Source: an uncultured Mycoplasma sp.
GTDB lineage: Bacteria; Bacillota_I; Bacilli_A; RF39; UBA660
DNA: 64,000 bases
Direction: 5' to 3'
Assembly: GCA_946554525.1 (NCBI GenBank)
Contig: CAMNSE010000004.1
Span: 8,177-72,176, forward strand
The translations under genes and the position numbers were made by a program. The number at the start of each line of letters is the position of its first letter. Position 1 is the first letter of the stretch. A model generated the notes under the pieces. The model was not told where the DNA came from. It searched no databases and was given only the letters and a program-made list of their open reading frames with translations. Below, piece by piece: positions 62,835 through 64,000 of the stretch.

Positions 62835-64000
62835 ATGGAGTTCGAAACAATAAAAAAAGATAACCGTAAGAAATATGTTATTGGAGTTATAGTAATACTT
62901 GCTGTATCTTCAGTAGTGTTCTTTGTATCAACTAGAGCAAATTATAAAGATGAACAACGATTAAATTTAATAAATACGAGAGTTAATTATAGTCCAAGTG
63001 ACTTAGATGTAATGGCTATAAAGGTGCAAAATTCAAGTGGAGGATATGATACGGTAGATACAGTGCCAACTAGCGGATACACACTAAATAGCGAATCATA
63101 TTGTGAAGTAAATGGAAGCAAAGATGCAAGTATACCAATAGAATACAAAGATGGAAGAGTTACGATACCAGTAGAATCTAAAGGCACAAAATGTTATTTA
63201 TTTTTTGATGAAAAACCTATATCAATAGCTGATATTTTAGATGGATTAACCAAAGAAAAAAGAACCGATTTTAGTTCAGTATTAACGAAAAATACAACTG
63301 GAAAAATATATACTGCTGAAGATGATGATGGTACAAGTTATTATTATGCTGGGGCAGTAGATAATAACTGGGTACAATTTGGAACAGAAAATGGAAGTCC
63401 AATATATTGGAGAATAATAAGAATAAATGGCGATGGAACAATAAGATTAATTTATAATGGAACAAGTATGGTCCAAACAGGAACATCAACTCAGATAAAT
63501 GGAACAGCATATACGTTCTCGCATAAAGATGCAGTATCAGTGGAAACCTATGCTAATGATAATGCATATGTGGGATATATGTATGGAACAGCAGATTCTA
63601 GTACATATGAAGCAACCCATACGAATACAAATAGTAGTTATGTAAAACAAATGGTAGATGAATGGTATAATACAAATCTAAATAAAACTGGCATAAAAGA
63701 GAAGATATCAACGAATGCTGGCTTTTGTGGAGATAGAAGCTTACAAAGTGGAACAGGAGTAGGAACAACTCAAACTTATTATAAAGCTTATAATAGGCTA
63801 TCTACAAATAAAGTCCCAAGCTTAAAATGTACAAATGAAAATGACTTATATACAGTAAGTAGTGCAAATAAAGGAAATAAAGCATTAACATATCCAGTAG
63901 GATTAATAACAGCAGATGAAGTAGCATATGCTGGAGGAATAATTACATATAATACTAATTATTCATATTATTTATATACAAACGAATATTATTGGACAAT
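62835..64000 (+). CDS. membrane-anchored surface protein, poly-G-promoter family member 3 (3' end outside the window)
   Basis: Absent from the ORF track because it has no stop in the window. Translation from ATG 62835 gives MEFETIKKDNRKKYVIGVIVILAVSSVVFFVSTRANYKDEQRLNLINTRVNYSPSDL... It stays open to 64000 and is colinear with 9975-11345, with long identical nucleotide stretches such as GGAACAAGTATGGT.CAAACAGGAACATCAACTCA. Confidence 0.85.
   Translation, partial: MEFETIKKDNRKKYVIGVIVILAVSSVVFFVSTRANYKDEQRLNLINTRVNYSPSDLDVMAIKVQNSSGGYDTVDTVPTSGYTLNSESYCEVNGSKDASIPIEYKDGRVTIPVESKGTKCYLFFDEKPISIADILDGLTKEKRTDFSSVLTKNTTGKIYTAEDDDGTSYYYAGAVDNNWVQFGTENGSPIYWRIIRINGDGTIRLIYNGTSMVQTGTSTQINGTAYTFSHKDAVSVETYANDNAYVGYMYGTADSSTYEATHTNTNSSYVKQMVDEWYNTNLNKTGIKEKISTNAGFCGDRSLQSGTGVGTTQTYYKAYNRLSTNKVPSLKCTNENDLYTVSSANKGNKALTYPVGLITADEVAYAGGIITYNTNYSYYLYTNEYYWT

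Noticed and set aside
1-64000. Alternative genetic code (Mollicutes-type TGA=Trp), considered because of the extreme AT richness.
   Set aside because: TGA terminates well-defined genes, for example at 2748-2750 and 17940-17942. Conserved Trp positions are encoded by TGG, and no conserved protein is interrupted by an in-frame TGA.
1-64000. CRISPR arrays, rRNA operons, IS elements, transposases, integrases or prophage blocks.
   Set aside because: I found no regularly spaced short repeats, no rRNA-like conserved stretches, and no transposase or integrase-like ORFs. The two tRNA loci have no adjacent integrase.

Overview
This is a strongly AT-rich (by eye about 70% A+T) chromosomal segment from a low-GC Gram-positive bacterium (Bacillota) that has a cell wall and uses the standard genetic code. 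TGA acts as a stop codon, for example at 2748-2750 and 17940-17942. The gene content includes polC plus dnaE, ftsA/ftsZ, sepF/divIVA, T-box leaders, a PBP2-type transpeptidase, a SigF/SigG-type sigma factor, and Cse60-like and SpoVIF-like genes. That points to a Bacilli or Erysipelotrichia-like lineage with a sporulation heritage, but I cannot assign a taxon from the sequence alone.

Most of the window is housekeeping and almost all of it is on the + strand: polA, mutM, tmcAL, rpmF, ftsA, ftsZ, a cysteine desulfurase with thiI, der, thrS and valS (each behind a T-box leader), priA, uppS, nfo, rpmG, efp, and adjacent dnaE-polC. There are also two tRNAs, Arg-CCT and Thr-GGT.

The most interesting signal is a three-member family of membrane-anchored or secreted surface proteins at 9975-11345, 21125-22651 and 62835 to beyond 64000. 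Each is driven by the same promoter cassette, in which a poly-G tract of different length (G10, G7, G9) fills the -35/-10 spacer and gives spacers of 17, 14 and 16 nt. This looks like a multi-locus slipped-strand phase-variation system.

Other items worth a second look:
- a convergent pair of hydrophobic micro-ORFs resembling a type I toxin-antitoxin locus (23864-24190)
- an imperfect long-range inverted repeat, either an ncRNA or a MITE (27996-28203)
- a compact UvrD-like helicase convergent with a multi-HTH protein
- an NPKTG-anchored DUF11-type surface protein with a near-identical 372-bp tandem duplication
- two orphan type IV pilin genes
- an orphan VirD4/TraG-type coupling ATPase
- a 735-aa bitopic protein in the divIB position
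- an unusually long PolC with a duplicated OB domain and an insertion of about 105 aa

I found no CRISPR array, rRNA, transposase or integrase. All coordinates were hand-counted and no database search or computation was run. Similarity statements come from reading the translations and from memory of the families.
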